DNA of 64,000 bases, taken from positions 1,340,323 through 1,404,322 of the forward strand of contig MU004194.1 in NCBI GenBank assembly GCA_010093605.1, in the 5' to 3' direction. The notes under the pieces were generated by a model that ran no database searches, was not told the origin of the DNA, and worked only from the letters and a program-made list of their open reading frames with translations. Position numbers and translations under genes: made by a program. Source of the stretch: Lophium mytilinum (lineage: Eukaryota). Positions 24,883-37,915 of this stretch are shown one piece after another (position 1 is the first letter of the stretch; every line of letters begins with the position of its first letter).

Positions 24883-27087
24883 ATTCCTTCAGGGCTGATC
24901 TCGACATTGTTTTATATGTCGGAACCAGGAACAGGAGCCATGGCGGAGTGTTTGTTGGTGCCTGAGCTCGTGAAGCTCTTCGGCGAATCGGCAGAGCTGG
25001 CGACGCCGCATCAGCTTGCAGGGCTGAAGTTGCGACTAGGGCAGCATCTCGTGTCGGTCTCGCATATAGTTCCCTGCGCGAAATAATTGCTCGGTCAAGG
25101 CAAAGATCCTCTGGACATCTGCCTGCACAACGCTGCCGGGGGTTTCCAGGTCCACAAGTCGCAATGACGCGACGAAGCCGACCCTAGCCACGGGATGATT
25201 TGCCTGGAAACTAGTCCTACCAGCGGCATTAAGTCTTATATTTTAAATAAGAATACGCGCATTTTACCTATCTAGGCAATTCTAGAGGGGGAAGATGCTC
25301 GCGAATATACTCTAATAGGTGCTAATACCTACTATACTTCTTACTATAAAGCTATAGTATCCGTTATCTAGAATAATATTAAATATAGCCTAAAGCCGCC
25401 GCAAACCTATATTGCGAGAGCGTGCTATATCTTTAGATTAAAATTATTTACTAGCCCTCTAGTGGACGCCGCCTACGTGGAATCTAATAATAGTAAGCTA
25501 ATTTTCCAGGCTTATTTATTTATCTTTAAGGCTATTATTTCCTTTTAGAAGAAGAAGAAGAGGTAGTTTTAACTAACTAAAAAGGGCCTAGTATTAATGC
25601 GTATATTCTTTTTTCTACTTCTATATTTTTACTTATTATCCGGGTAAAATCTAATCTATTAGTACTATCTCTACTACCTACTATTATAAAAATATTACCG
25701 CTAGACTTATCTACTCTACGCGTGTTATAATTAATAAAATAGGGGGTATAGGGGCTAGAGGGTGGGGGGGTAAGAGCTATATATACTATTAGCTTCTAAC
25801 TACTATAAAAAAGAAAGAAAGATATATTAATACGTAAATAAATTAAATAAAAATAATAAGAGAAATCTAGTAATTAAAGTATAGCACTAAGAAGTAAGAG
25901 TAGAAGTTAAGTAAGACTAAGAATATATAGAATAGTATAAGTTATATAAGTACTAGATTAAGAGTTCTAAGAGAAAGAAGTAAAGGGATTTTAATATAAT
26001 AGATAATTTAAAAGCCCTAATATACTATTCTCTAGCTCTAGGGTAAAGGCTTTAGGGGTAGGGCGCGTTGCTATCTATTATATGCGTTAGAAAAAATTAT
26101 AATACTATCTAGTATAAATTAAGACTAATAACTATTAGGCTAGCTTACAAGTTAAGGGCTTCGGGCCCGGAGGAGTGTAGCTCGCCAGCATAGCAAGAAT
26201 CTTAGAGAGCTGGGCGGCGTCGGGGCTAGAGGGCGCGGTCTTAGTAGTCTTCTATTACACCGCTATTAGATTACACGTTTATTATCTAGTAATTATCCTC
26301 CTTCTTTTATTAGCATATTACTCACTACTACTATATCTTCTTTCTCCTCCTCTTTAGCGGGAGGCGGAGCGGGCGACGGGGTAGAGGTAGAGGCGGATAG
26401 CTCTATTAATAGTTAGCATTTTAACATTACCTAAATATAAAGAGCTTAAGCTTAATACTTATTTTAAAGAGAAGGAGTTATAGAGATAATCTACTATAAA
26501 TATTAGATAAGATTATATTAATTAGCTACTTAAGTTTAATCTAGACTATAAATAAGGTTAAAGAGAATAGTATTAAAATAAACTAGAAGTAAAAAGGAGG
26601 GAATAAGATATAAAGAGTATAGGCTTAAAAGAAGAGATATTAAGGGAATAAGATATAAAAGAATTATATCTTACGGGCAGTAGTAGTATTAAGGCGGGGG
26701 CGCTTATAGGCTGTACGCTCTTCCTTTTTAGCCTCTCTCTTAGCCTTCTACTTAGCTACTCTCTTTATATTTTAGGCTACTATAGTATACTATTAGAATC
26801 TATACTACTAGTACTAGATAGAGGACTTATAGGTTTATTTTACTATTTATACCGTAGAAATATTATAATACTAGTTAGCATAACTTTAAGAGTAGGGAAG
26901 AAAGATAACTAAGGAATTAGATAAGTATAAAATAGGAAACGTAAGAAGCCGTGCTTAATATTATCTATTGCCTGCTAGCTAGATACTTAATACTTAAAGA
27001 TGCCCGCTATTCTTCTACTAATTCTTTATCTTTACTAGCTACTCTTAGCCTTATGCACTAACTATATATATATCTCTTTACTAGCAG

Positions 27088-27356
27088 CAACCTATTAGTT
27101 AGATAAATTAGAGAACCTAACCTATTAGGTAGATAAATTACTAGACTTCTAAGTAGCTTCTACTATAGAACTAGTCTATTAGGCGCGTAATTTATTTAAT
27201 TCCGAGTAAGTATTTTACCTCTATCTCTACCTCTATATTAAGACTAACCTATTAGTTAGATAAATTAAGTAAACTAACCCATTATATAGATAAATAGTAA
27301 AGCCACCTATTAGGTAGATAAATTAGAAAACCTAACCTATTAGGTAGATAAATTAG
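27088..27356 (+). repeat. ~30-bp repeat with core AACCTATTAG(G/T)TAGATAAATTA; 2 + 4 copies inside the RIP relic
   Basis: Cores at ~27089, 27119, 27246, 27276, 27304 and 27334. Confidence 0.85.
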
Positions 27357-27838
27357 CTATTAGCTTTAGCTTTAGTTTAGCTTTAGGAGTCGGAATTTAA
27401 TAGCCGTTTTTACGTGTTATATATTATTAATAACCCGCTGCTACTACCGGTTTATAGGGGTTAAGTTAATATAGTAAAGAGGTAGAACCGGCGTATTAAG
27501 CGGGTAATAGGGATAGAAACCCGGGGGAAAGAGGTATATAGAGGGAAAGGAAAGTAAGTATAATATAACTAACTTTACTACTATAAGAGGCTCTAGTCTA
27601 ACTATAAGCTGCTACTGCGTGTAGAGTCTTAACAGTTATAGAAGCTAATAGGTGCTAAGACTTACTATACTTAGTATTAAGGGCTATTTTAACGGCTAGG
27701 TCTTACAACTATAGTCTTATAATAAGGTAGGCGGGCAGGCGGGCAATACAATAATAATAAGGCACTAGAATAAGTAGAGAGAGATAAATTTTTACTATAT
27801 CTAAGGTTTTCTAGAAAGTACTTAGTTATACCTTTCTT

Positions 27839-27908
27839 CTAGCACTTAACTACTACCCCTAAAAACTAGCACTTAACTACTATACCTAAAAACTAGCACT
27901 TAACTACC
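27839..27908 (+). repeat. 27-bp tandem repeat CTAGCACTTAACTACTA.(C/A)CCTAAAAA, about 2.6 copies
   Basis: Units at 27839-27865 and 27866-27892, partial unit at 27893-27908. Confidence 0.85.
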
Positions 27909-28560
27909 TAGCAGCTTTAATAACTAATAAGTATATAGGGTAGGTAGTAGTTCTTTCTTTAATTTCTTTCTTATATTTTAGATATTATATATAAGGGAGT
28001 TTATTTTTCTAATATATAAGTAAGAAAAATAGTAGCTTTAATAGCTAATAATACCCCTAATAACTCTAATTAAGATAATTAAAAGAGTGTAATTTCTTAA
28101 GCGTGTAAGACTATATAGTTACGGCGAGACTAGAAATAAGTTTAAGCGACGGTGTTAAAGAAGAACTTTATGCCCGCTAATGCTACCCGTTGTAAGAACT
28201 GCCGGACGTCAACTATAGTAGATAAAACCAGGAATTTAAGGGTTTTACTTTATAAATTAACTTAGTATATATAGAAAATACGTATTCTATACTTAATTAT
28301 CTACATATAAGGTACTATAAGTAATTATGCCTCGGGCACGTGATACTGGACCCACCTTTAAACCGAGCGCACGCTAACTTTATCAACCGCGACTCCTCAT
28401 CTGCGGGCTGAGTGTCCACTTCGACATCGACAAAGCACCACGTCCACGCGAACGCGAATACGACTTCCCCTCGATGAATGCCTTTGGATGAACCCTTACC
28501 ACCAGAGATTGCTACATTCCACCGTATTATCCAGGCCGCTGACGCCTCAACTCGGACGAC

Positions 28561-30986
28561 ATGGATCTCGCGGCGGACGAGCCCAGAAGCTCACAGGAGT
28601 CCAACCCAATCGACAAGCTTGATGACCTTGCTGAGATTGCGGGGCATGGCGGAGACAACAAGTTCCAGACAGCTATAGCTGCATGGAGGAGTAAGAAATA
28701 CTCCCTAACGCCCTGTGTAGATGCTTACGGCGGATACTAGATATCGATTTGACCACCCTCATTCCCACCCTCGATACCGCAGCTTCCGACATTGTAGCGC
28801 ACCAGAGAGATACTCTTACACAGCGGAAAGATTTGGCACAGAAGACGAAGGACTTCCGAAAGCTTGATGACGCGAGCAAGCTCAGCGATGTCAAGGGGTT
28901 GCTGAAATGTGAGGCAGAAGTGGATCATTGACATGAGGCCATGCTAACTGTTGTACAGCATACCAAACTTTTATTGATCTAATATCTAACCAGTCCAAGG
29001 CCGTCCAAGCTGCGTTCTTCCAAGTCTATTCACCACTTTCAGAAGCGCCCGATCCATATCCCCTCCTGGAAGCCTCAATCGACTCCCTTGTCACTGCCGA
29101 GGAAACGGTTCCTAAACTTACATCGGAGAATGAGCATTTACAGAGGACGGTTGCAAACCTCACAACACAGCTAGAAGAGACGGAGAGTAAACTGGAACAA
29201 GAGCGTAGTACTCGGCAATCACTCGAAGAATCGCGAGATTCTAAGATCAAGGAAATAGGGTCGTCATGGGAGGCAGTATTGGCAGAGAAGCAGGATAACT
29301 GGGAAGCCAAAGAAAAGAGCTTAGAGGAGAAGGTCGAGAACCAGGATCGGTTGCTGAAGGAACTGAAAGCTAGCTATGAAGTTTCGCAGCGGCTAGGGCG
29401 AGGCGAGGATGATGAGAGTGAGGCTAGCCGTGGAGGGGCTACCGCTGCTGAGTTAGAGATAGTGAGCTCTGAACTCGAAAGGACAAGCATCCGTTTGGCA
29501 GAGGTCGGAGCCAGGAACGAGCAGTTACGCTTAGAGCTGGCACAGTCCGCGTCGAGCACCCAAAGCTCTCAGCCGCAAATCGCCATTGAAGACGAACCTG
29601 CGTTCCTACGACTCCGGTCAGAGAACTCTTCCCTGCTTAGAAAGCTAGAATCAGCAAAATTCGAGAAGGACTCCGAGAAGAGACGCCTGGAAACTGAGGG
29701 CCGCAGTCTTGAGCGTGAAATTACCTCGTTGAAAGGGGAGAGGGAGAACCTTCGGGAGAAGGTGCAGAAGTGGGCGGACTATGAGAATGTCAAGCAAGAG
29801 CTAGAAGTGCTCAAGGTAATCATAATGCCCCTTCATGTCTATGGACCAATCGCTAATGATCTAGTCTATCGAATTTTCTACTGGAGACGATGAGGATGAC
29901 GGAAACATCCCATCCGAAGAAGCTACTCATCACCAGAATGGCACATTGGGCAAATCCAAGGGCGAGACACTGGAGCAACTCTTGCTTGCTCGAAACAAGA
30001 AGCTCAACAATGAGCTCACCGTTCTACGCGTGTCGCACCAAGACCTCCAGAGCCGTCTTGAATCTCTACAAGAGGAGCTTTCAAGTACCAACATGGAGCT
30101 CGAGAAGTCGAGGCGTCTAACAGAGACGCTTGAAAACGACCTGGAAAAGGTGCAACAGGAGGCTTCCAATGCATTCCCCTCATCAGCCATATCGGTAGCT
30201 GGGACTTATGCATCGCGGTACCCACAATCCTCGTTTGGAGGGCGCCGGAAGCAGTCGTCGCCCACATCTTCTATTATTTCGGGATTCGACCCTCAACAGG
30301 CGTCGTTGAGCACGATGGAGGCAATTCGAATGGGTGAGCCTGTGGGTGGTGGGTCCGGGATTCTTCCCATGGTCACGGCCCAACGGGACCGGTTCAAGAA
30401 ACGGAACTCTGAATTGGAGTCAGAGCTGTCGAAGGCGTACCAAAACGTGTCGTCGCTCCGGTCCGAGATTGCGTCTCTACAAAAAGACAACCTTGACTTG
30501 TACGAGAAATCTCGATACGTCTCGACCTATAATAGGGGCCACCCTGGAGGGTCCTCAGCATCGGCGTACTCGACGAACCCCAACCCTTCGACGATACACA
30601 TGTCTTCGGATACCTCATCCGGGCTCACGATGGACAGATATCGGTCGACGTACGAACAGAACATCTCACCGTTCGCAGCATTCCGGGGCAGAGAGTCGGC
30701 TCGGGCTCTCAAGCGAATGAGCGTGTTCGAGAGGATAGTCTTTCGGATCACGCGGCTGGTTCTTGCGACACGGACCAGTAGGAACCTCTTTGCAGCGTAT
30801 TGTCTAGGGCTCCATTTATTAGTATTTTTCATGCTGTACTGGGCGGGCACGGCGGACATCGAGAAGCACTCGGCGAACCTGGGCGAGGCGGCACTGGCAG
30901 CAGCGGCTGGAGGAGGGCCTGTGGATGGCGGCGGTGATGCTAATCCCGGAGATTGGCACCAGGAGGGGTTCCAGGAAGGTGGTTAA
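28561..30986 (+). CDS. COY1: Golgi coiled-coil membrane protein CASP/Coy1; exons 28561-28690, 28741-28908, 28959-29815, 29865-30986
   Basis: AIAAWR, RKDLAQKTKDFRK, YQTFID, EAPDPYPLL, ILPMVTAQRDRFK, DNLDLYEKSRY; C-terminal TM with conserved Y and H (AAYCLGLHLLVF). Confidence 0.93.
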
Positions 30987-32713
30987 CGATTTCAAGAGGG
31001 TTTCTGGGGCACGTATTGTGTCGTTGTATTATTAGCCGTCGTCATCACAAGGACATCCACTGGGCTGGCAAACACGCGTGTGTCTGATTGTTACTGGGGT
31101 GATTTGGCAAGGCTGTCGTCTTCTGCTCGCGCTGGCAGCAGTCTTTAACAGGAAGGTTGTGCATGGCGGCGGCAACATGTCGACCAATGTCTCGGCGCCA
31201 GCAGCACTTTGCAGCCTCAGAGGTTCGACTACTCGCCCGGATAGCCCAGATACAGGCCCGCCGTCAGTGGTTCTCGAGCTCCACAGGCATTACGTGGAGC
31301 CCTTGGAAACCTTGGTGGCAATACAGTAGCTTCTGGGCGGAAGAGTACGTCGTCGGTCAGATTTCGTTCCCATGGCCTCCTCTTGACACCAGAGCCACGA
31401 AACAAGCGGGGGGCCTGCGGTGCAAAAGGGTGCCAAATGCTCACCGCAGCACCTGTTTCACAGACATGCGTGACCACCAAGAACAGGTCGGCAGTCGACG
31501 ATCCGGCTTTTAGGTCCAGCTCCCGGCCATTCGATTAATTCCCGCGATGCTTCCATGGCCTGACTCTAGAAGAGGCGGGGAAAGAGACAGCGACAGCTAA
31601 TGAGGTGGCTACCAAAATATCTTCTCTGATCGCCCGCAAGGAAGCCAGGGCCAGCGCGTCAAAATTGCGTCTTCTCGCTGCCGGACCCAGCGTCGTCGAA
31701 GCCGTCCCGCCTGAAATGCGGGCCTTTCATCCAGTCGCCGGTCACGTCGACGTCGACCTGAAACTGCGCGAAGCAAACAACGCTGCAGGCCTCGACCAAC
31801 CAGCAACGATGTTTCGAAGCCTGTCGAAGCGCCCGAGACCCGCTATTGGCCTGGCGGCTACGGCAGCGAGGCCACAAGGGCACCAATTTGCTGGCAATAT
31901 GCAACATCGAGTCTATTTTGGTGCACTCATCTCCCGCCTGCCTGTTTGTGGGCAATTAAGGGACATTGCTCGCCTGCCACAGCGGGCCCTCCACCGTCGC
32001 GCGAGCGGCTCTGCGTCCAACAACGCCATGCCGCAGAGGGCGCTGTCGTGAGCTTTCTCAAGGCTTCAGGCTTCCAGGAAGAAGCTCACGCTGAGAAATC
32101 GCGGGCTCTAGATGGCGTCTTACTGCAAAGCTCTCAGCACTATCCGCCGCACACGCCGCCGATGCTGGCGCTCGCAGTTCTCGGGACTGGCCACTGCTCA
32201 GCATCAACTTCCCCACCGCTATGGCCCCAAAATAGCCAGCACGGCACGGGAGCTAAAAGAGCTTGGCCTCGGCCACCACGCTTCAGGGATCGCTGGGTCC
32301 CTTGAGCGGCTCCCCGCCCGCCCAATCAGGCCGCCAGCCTCCCGACCACCTCCCCAGCCGCTGGTTATTTTTGTTCCCTAGGTTCCCTACGCGCCATCCA
32401 CGCTGTTGGGCCATCCAAGCGCATCGTCAACCCAACTCCCGGCCCGTACATATAAGGATTTGCCCTGCCTGCCCAGCACATGTCTATCCCACCTCCATTC
32501 AAACATACCTCAAGTTACCCCAGCGCGTAGCCCTGCAGTCTCTTTTCCCTTCGGTTCCTTCGGTTCTCTGCATTGATTGCTTTCCTTTGGGACGTCTTTT
32601 CTGGCCTTCTTTCATTTTCTGCTGGGCATATTACATCTGCCCAACCTCCACCTCGACCATCTTCAATCGATTCTACTACTATACCTCTCCAACACTCATA
32701 CACTACCATCAAC

Positions 32714-33504
32714 ATGTACTTCTCATCACCACTCGTCCTCGTCCTGGCCCTGGCTCCCTCAACCCTCTTCGCCCTTCCCACACGGCAAGCCCTCAGCATA
32801 CCATCCCTCGCCGACTTCTTGAGCAAACGGGCCCTCGCTGCCCCAACCTTCCAGCGCCTCACGGATGGTGTCTGCGACTTGGACGGTGTGACACCCGCAC
32901 TAGGTACGCGCTCTTGCTTCATATCAACTCGAACATCACTAACATTGCCCCAGGCGACAAAAACCCTCTACCGCCTCCGACCGCGGGTTTAAGACTCTAC
33001 CACGTCGCCGTTGGCCGCGGAACCCAAAACTACACCTGCGCCTCTGCCTCCGAGACCGTGGTGCCAGTATCCAAAGGCGCTGCAGCCACCCTCTTCAACG
33101 CTACATGCGCTGCATCCCGCGCTCCCACCACCCTCTCCTCCACCCCGGCCATTGCTCTAGCCTTCTCCGTGCCAACAGGCGATCAAGCCGCAGCCCTAGA
33201 ATCCGGCCACCACTTCTTCTCCAACGCCACCACCCCCGTCTTCAACCTTGACACCGCCGCGCACGCCTTCGGCATCGGCAGCCTCAAGAAGACCGCCAAC
33301 ACGACCGCGCCTGCCGACGCGCCCGCAGGCTCAAACAACATGGGCAGCGTGGCGTGGTTGAAGCTCACCGGCATCGAGGACGGCACCTTCAAGGAGGTGT
33401 ACCGCGTCGACACAGCGGGTGGGAACCCGCCTAAGAACTGCAGTGGGATCAGCGGCGACTTTGACGTCGAGTACAGCGCTGTCTACTGGTTCTACACGTC
33501 ATGA
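32714..33504 (+). CDS. Secreted DUF3455-like protein (often mis-annotated as malate dehydrogenase); exons 32714-32903 and 32954-33504
   Basis: Signal peptide; VAVGRGTQNYTC, GAAATLFN, GHHFF...TPVF, VAWLKL, VYRVDTAGGNPP..C, VEYSAVYWFY; TATA box at ~32451. Confidence 0.8.
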
Positions 33505-33975
33505 TAGTGAGAAGGAAAACCACGGGATGAAATGGGTATGACTTGGGATGGCTCTTCTTGGGTGGTTGGAAACATGGATCGTTTCGTTGCGATATACCAC
33601 TTTCCATTTTTTGCGTTCTTGTTTCTTTTCCTTTTTACTTAAACATATTGCATCGGACCGGCGTTCCTGGCGGGCGTTCGGGCGCTTCGCTTGGCTTGTA
33701 TGCCGGACTCTCTCGACACGATCGGTGGAGTGGGATGGTATACCTTTGGAGGATTATGGCACAGTGGGGGAGGAGAGGAGGGAGAAAGGGATACAAATAA
33801 TTAGAAAATATATTGGAATATCTCCACAAAGCTGCTTTGATGCTGGTGGTATTAGAGCGTGATCAACCTTTCGTGTAAGACTTGAGATAGTTTAGTAGCG
33901 CGAGGGTAGTAAGACTGCTGCCGTCCACGTATCCATACCCTTGCCAGAGGTGAACCCGCGACCAACGAAGCTGCT

Positions 33976-35835
33976 TCAATCCAACTCCTCATGATCCTGG
34001 AACGGCCAATTTTCTCGGATCTCTCTCCTCTCATCCTCCGTCTCAGCATCTTCAAGCATCTGGAGTTTAATACACCGCTCCTTCTCCCTAGCTTCATCGT
34101 ACAATCCAGTCGGCACCCACCCATCGATATTAACGCAAAAAAAATCGCGCAATATCTGCATTTGCTCATCCATCTTCTTCTGCTTAGCATCGACATCGAG
34201 GCATTCCGCGACTTCCGCTTCAGAATATTTCACGGGAAACTCCGCCGTTTTCATCGCTGAAGTCGCAATGCCCGGCCAGCGGGTCGACGCTTGTATGATC
34301 TCCGCCTTGAGCGACGTGTTATCGCCCTCCCATGGCCTGCTCGCGGTGTCGTAGAGCCGGTTCCGCACGACAAGATCGTACGTGCCCATGGCGTCGAAAT
34401 GGGCCGTGTTGTTGCGACTGGTAAATCCCAGATAGAAATAGTGGAGTTGCCGGCGGCGGTAGAGTTCTGCCTGCCTGTCTTTCTCGATTTCTGCTAACGA
34501 ATCGAGATCCTCGGGGAGTTTTGGCGGTTGGAAGTTCTCGGAGTCGTCGTCGCCATAATTCTGGAAATGCTTCGGGATCTTGGCTGCGAGGAATAGGGGG
34601 AGGATTGTGGTGTGTTGCCAGTCGATGATGCCAGTGATGTCGCCGGATTTAGAGATGAAGATGTTGGTGGGGGAGAGGTCGGGGTGGCGGATGGTTGGTT
34701 GGTTTAACTCATCTCTCTCGGGGATGGCATGCGGAGTTAGTTTCAGGTAGTCTAGTAGACTGGCTATTTGTACCTTCGGGTCTACCTTTTGGTGGTTATA
34801 AAATTCTCTGTATGCAGGTTCGTTGGGGAAACGTTTTTCGCCGAATTTCTGGAGCCACATCAGTTCTCTCTGGCCAACGGCCTTTAGTAGATCCTCGGAA
34901 TTTTCCCCTGAAGTATTCTGGTCAGTCATCACAAAATGCTATGAATCAAGAGTCACTTACAGGGCCCCCGATCAACGGCTAGTTCACCCCGCCGTGAATA
35001 CCACCAAAGGAATTCTGTTGAAGGTCCAATGCAAAACCTGTCTGTTTCTCTATGAGTAGCATCTGGGGGTAAATCTACTTTCACGATACCATCGCGCAAG
35101 GACTCTTTGAGATACAAACTACCAATGGCAGGAAATCGGATAGCGAAGAGTATCTTTTCAACATCAACAATCTTCTCCATCATATCCCTCCTCTCTTGTA
35201 ACGTCATAGTGTACCAGGTTTCTTCTAGCTCTTTGCCTGGAACTCTCTCCATGATGATGTATTCAGACCCTACTTGATTGGATGTCGACGAGCTCCAATC
35301 GAAGACCCTAGGGACTGGAACTCCATGCAGGCGGAGATATTCCATAGTCGCAACCTCACTAGCAATTCCATATGTGCGAGGGACTGTCGATGGGTATGGC
35401 AGCCGAGCAATGACCTTCACGTCATCTTTGAATGTAGCTTGGAAGATACGATAAGAACCTCCTTCCGCAATTTTGGTGAATAGTGTGATGTCGTCGAGAG
35501 ACTGGCCGGCAGATCTAGCAACGGCTTCGCAGAGCTCATGGATGTTGAAGTAAAGACGTCTTTCAGAGAGGCGCAAACTTTCATTGTAGCTATGGCCAAG
35601 CAGTGCGATTAGTATAGGAATGCGGAGTTTCACTGTGCAGAAGCGAGGCGGCTTACAGCCATCTGCCGGATGTGTAGTTGTAGAATGGATGGTCTGGATC
35701 GTTGATGCTGTCCTCTGGTATATGTTTCGTCAGAGGAATTGTCCTGTACTGCGTTGTTGAAAGCGCATGCCGAAGACCACAAAATGAGGATAATAGGGAC
35801 CGACGAGTCATGCGCGCATAACTAGTTATTTGCAT
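33976..35835 (-). CDS. APH-like phosphotransferase family protein (Aim9-like, probably mitochondrial); exons 35835 (or 35810)-35657, 35589-34961, 34907-33976
   Basis: FYNYTSGRWL, KIAEGGSYRIF, ASEVATMEYLR, VPRVFDW, EYIIME, spliced RGPW, HPDLSPTNIF, GIIDWQ; basic/hydroxylated N-terminus. Confidence 0.85.
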
Positions 35836-36023
35836 TCCAGACAGATTTGATGCGTTTGCGTCGACCCCAAAGAAAAACTTAGAAGAGAAAAAGATAACCG
35901 ACGGGGATGTTGTTGAGGTCAGAAGTTATCGCGAAGTCACGTCTTCACGTGACTACCGTGAAATTGATTCTTGAACAACAACAACCAACCCACCTTCTAC
36001 CTACATACCATCCTTCCAACACC

Positions 36024-36685
36024 ATGCCTCCAAAACCCTCCAACCCCACCCGCCGCAACGGCCCCGCTTTTAAGCCCCCCCGCCCCGTCAAAGGCGCTCC
36101 CCCTGCGTCCAAACCAGCCCGACGCGCCGCTCCCAAAACCGCCGCGCGCACCTCCACCTCCGCTGCTCTCAAGAAACCCGCGCCCTCGCGCCCAAGCTTC
36201 CAAAATGCCTCCACCATCATCTCCTCCTCTGCGCCCGAAGATGCCGACTCCGCCTCGGACCATAATGAGGACTACGCCGAAGCTGAAGAGGAGGCCTCAG
36301 ACGAGGACGTAGAGATAGAGGAGCGAACACAGCACCGCCCCGCGCCTGCGCAGGTGGACGAGTCGGAGCGACCGGCTGTCCCGGCGCCGCTGCTGGCGCG
36401 GCTACTTCATGAGGGGTTTGAGGATCCGAAGGTGAAGATTCAGCGGGAGGCGATGAGTGTGGTGGGGAAGTATGTGGAGACGTTTGTACGGGAGGCGGTG
36501 GCGCGGGCGGCGTTTGAGAGGGAGGATGCTAGTGGAGGGGGGGTAGGGATGGGGGTTAGTGATGGGTTTTTGCAGGTATGTTGGGCTACTGCTGGGAGTT
36601 GGGTTGGTGATGGTGAACGGGGCTGATTGTTGAGCAGGTTGAGGACTTGGAGAAGCTGGCGCCGCAGCTTGTGCTGGATTTTTGA
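36024..36685 (+). CDS. MHF2: CENP-X / Mhf2 histone-fold protein; exons 36024-36575 and 36638-36685
   Basis: LLARLLHEGF, KYVETFVREAVARA and terminal FLQVEDLEKLAPQLVLDF after splicing. Confidence 0.88.
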
Positions 36686-37915
36686 GAGGCCTGGTTTTGT
36701 GTTCTGTTATGGAAACAAGACCTTGAGTGTGTAGATGGCTAGTTGCGGCGAGATTTGTGTCTTGCTCGGTTGCCTCATGAAAGCGGATGGCCCTGAACTA
36801 CTGATATGGGCGAGTTCATGCGCAATCAGCCAGGGATGTCCGTCTTTGCATTGCAGACCCGGGCTCCGCATTACCACGATATCATTCATCTCGAAGCTAA
36901 GCCTGAGCATCTACCTAGTCGCAGGGGGTGGTGGTCGCATATCAACCAAGACTGATGCTCATGTTTATCTCAAAGAGTGGTAAATATTCATGTGGCCTTT
37001 GGAGATTTGGCACGACTATTTCCGGCCTAGGTCCTTTGGAGGAACTGAAAGCACTATGCAAGCACGCTTCTTGCCGCTTCTAAATTTGTCAGGTAGACTA
37101 GGAGGTCTCACACAAGGCCGAAACGAATCACGGATGCAGAAACATCAGCGTACGTAGTTGCGGCGGCATTGAAGAAAACCTCTGGCCGCCGCGTAATCTC
37201 AAAAGCTAGCAATAGATGGCCCTTTTCGAGCCCTTATTTCGGATTCGTTGTGCCCGCGTCTGCGCTGCATGGGTATTTTAAGGTTGTTGCACCGCTCAAA
37301 CCGTCCTCAAACAGGGATCGCTTCACCAACCCCTAGACGTTGGCGATAGCCTCAAGCGACCTCAGCACTCCAACCTTCTGATCGCAACGAACACGACCAA
37401 AGACACTCTAGATGTGCTGTGATGTCGCCAGAGACCTACTAATTCTACTCTATTCCCGACGATGATGTCTGCAGCCTCTTTGCTCGCCGCTGACCGGCGA
37501 AGCGCCCTGAAGATAGCAGTGCTCGCAGCTCTCGGCGGCCGGATCTCGTCTCGACGTGGCTGAAGCAGAAACAGATCTTGCACGTCGCAGAACTCGCCCG
37601 CCCTGTATCGAGAACCCTGACACAGCCTCAAGTTGGCCTCCTTGACGACGCTCTAACCAGCTTGTCCGATTTCATTTATGCCTTAAGAACCGCTTTGAGC
37701 CAGCCGGTCTGGCCTCAATCAAACCGCTTTCTCTTTCATCTTCCATTCTGCTCCTTCGTCTTTCTCTTTACTCTGTCTCTCTGTCTTTTACTTCTTAATT
37801 ATACATTCAATCCTTCTGGCAAGTCCAGTCTAGAGCGCTAGCCGCCTATTATTTTCGTTAACATATCTCCACCACTATCTTTTATAATCCAGTCGATCAT
37901 TTGACATCTCCGAAA

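Larger units (their letters stand above)
25225..28331. mobile_element. RIP-mutated AT-rich repeat/transposon relic (~3.1 kb), family not identified
   Basis: Abrupt drop in GC, strong TpA excess with CpA/TpG depletion, surviving CpG-rich islands, no ORF of 60 aa or more; sharp borders inside a divergent intergenic region. Confidence 0.85.

Noticed and set aside
27088..27356. CRISPR-like appearance of near-palindromic repeats
   Set aside because: Eukaryotic context, spacers only ~7 nt and similar to each other, no cas genes; it is a tandem repeat inside RIP-mutated DNA
27357..27390. TTTAGC/TTTAGT hexamer run resembling a telomeric repeat
   Set aside because: Not TTAGGG; probably a RIP-altered low-complexity tract
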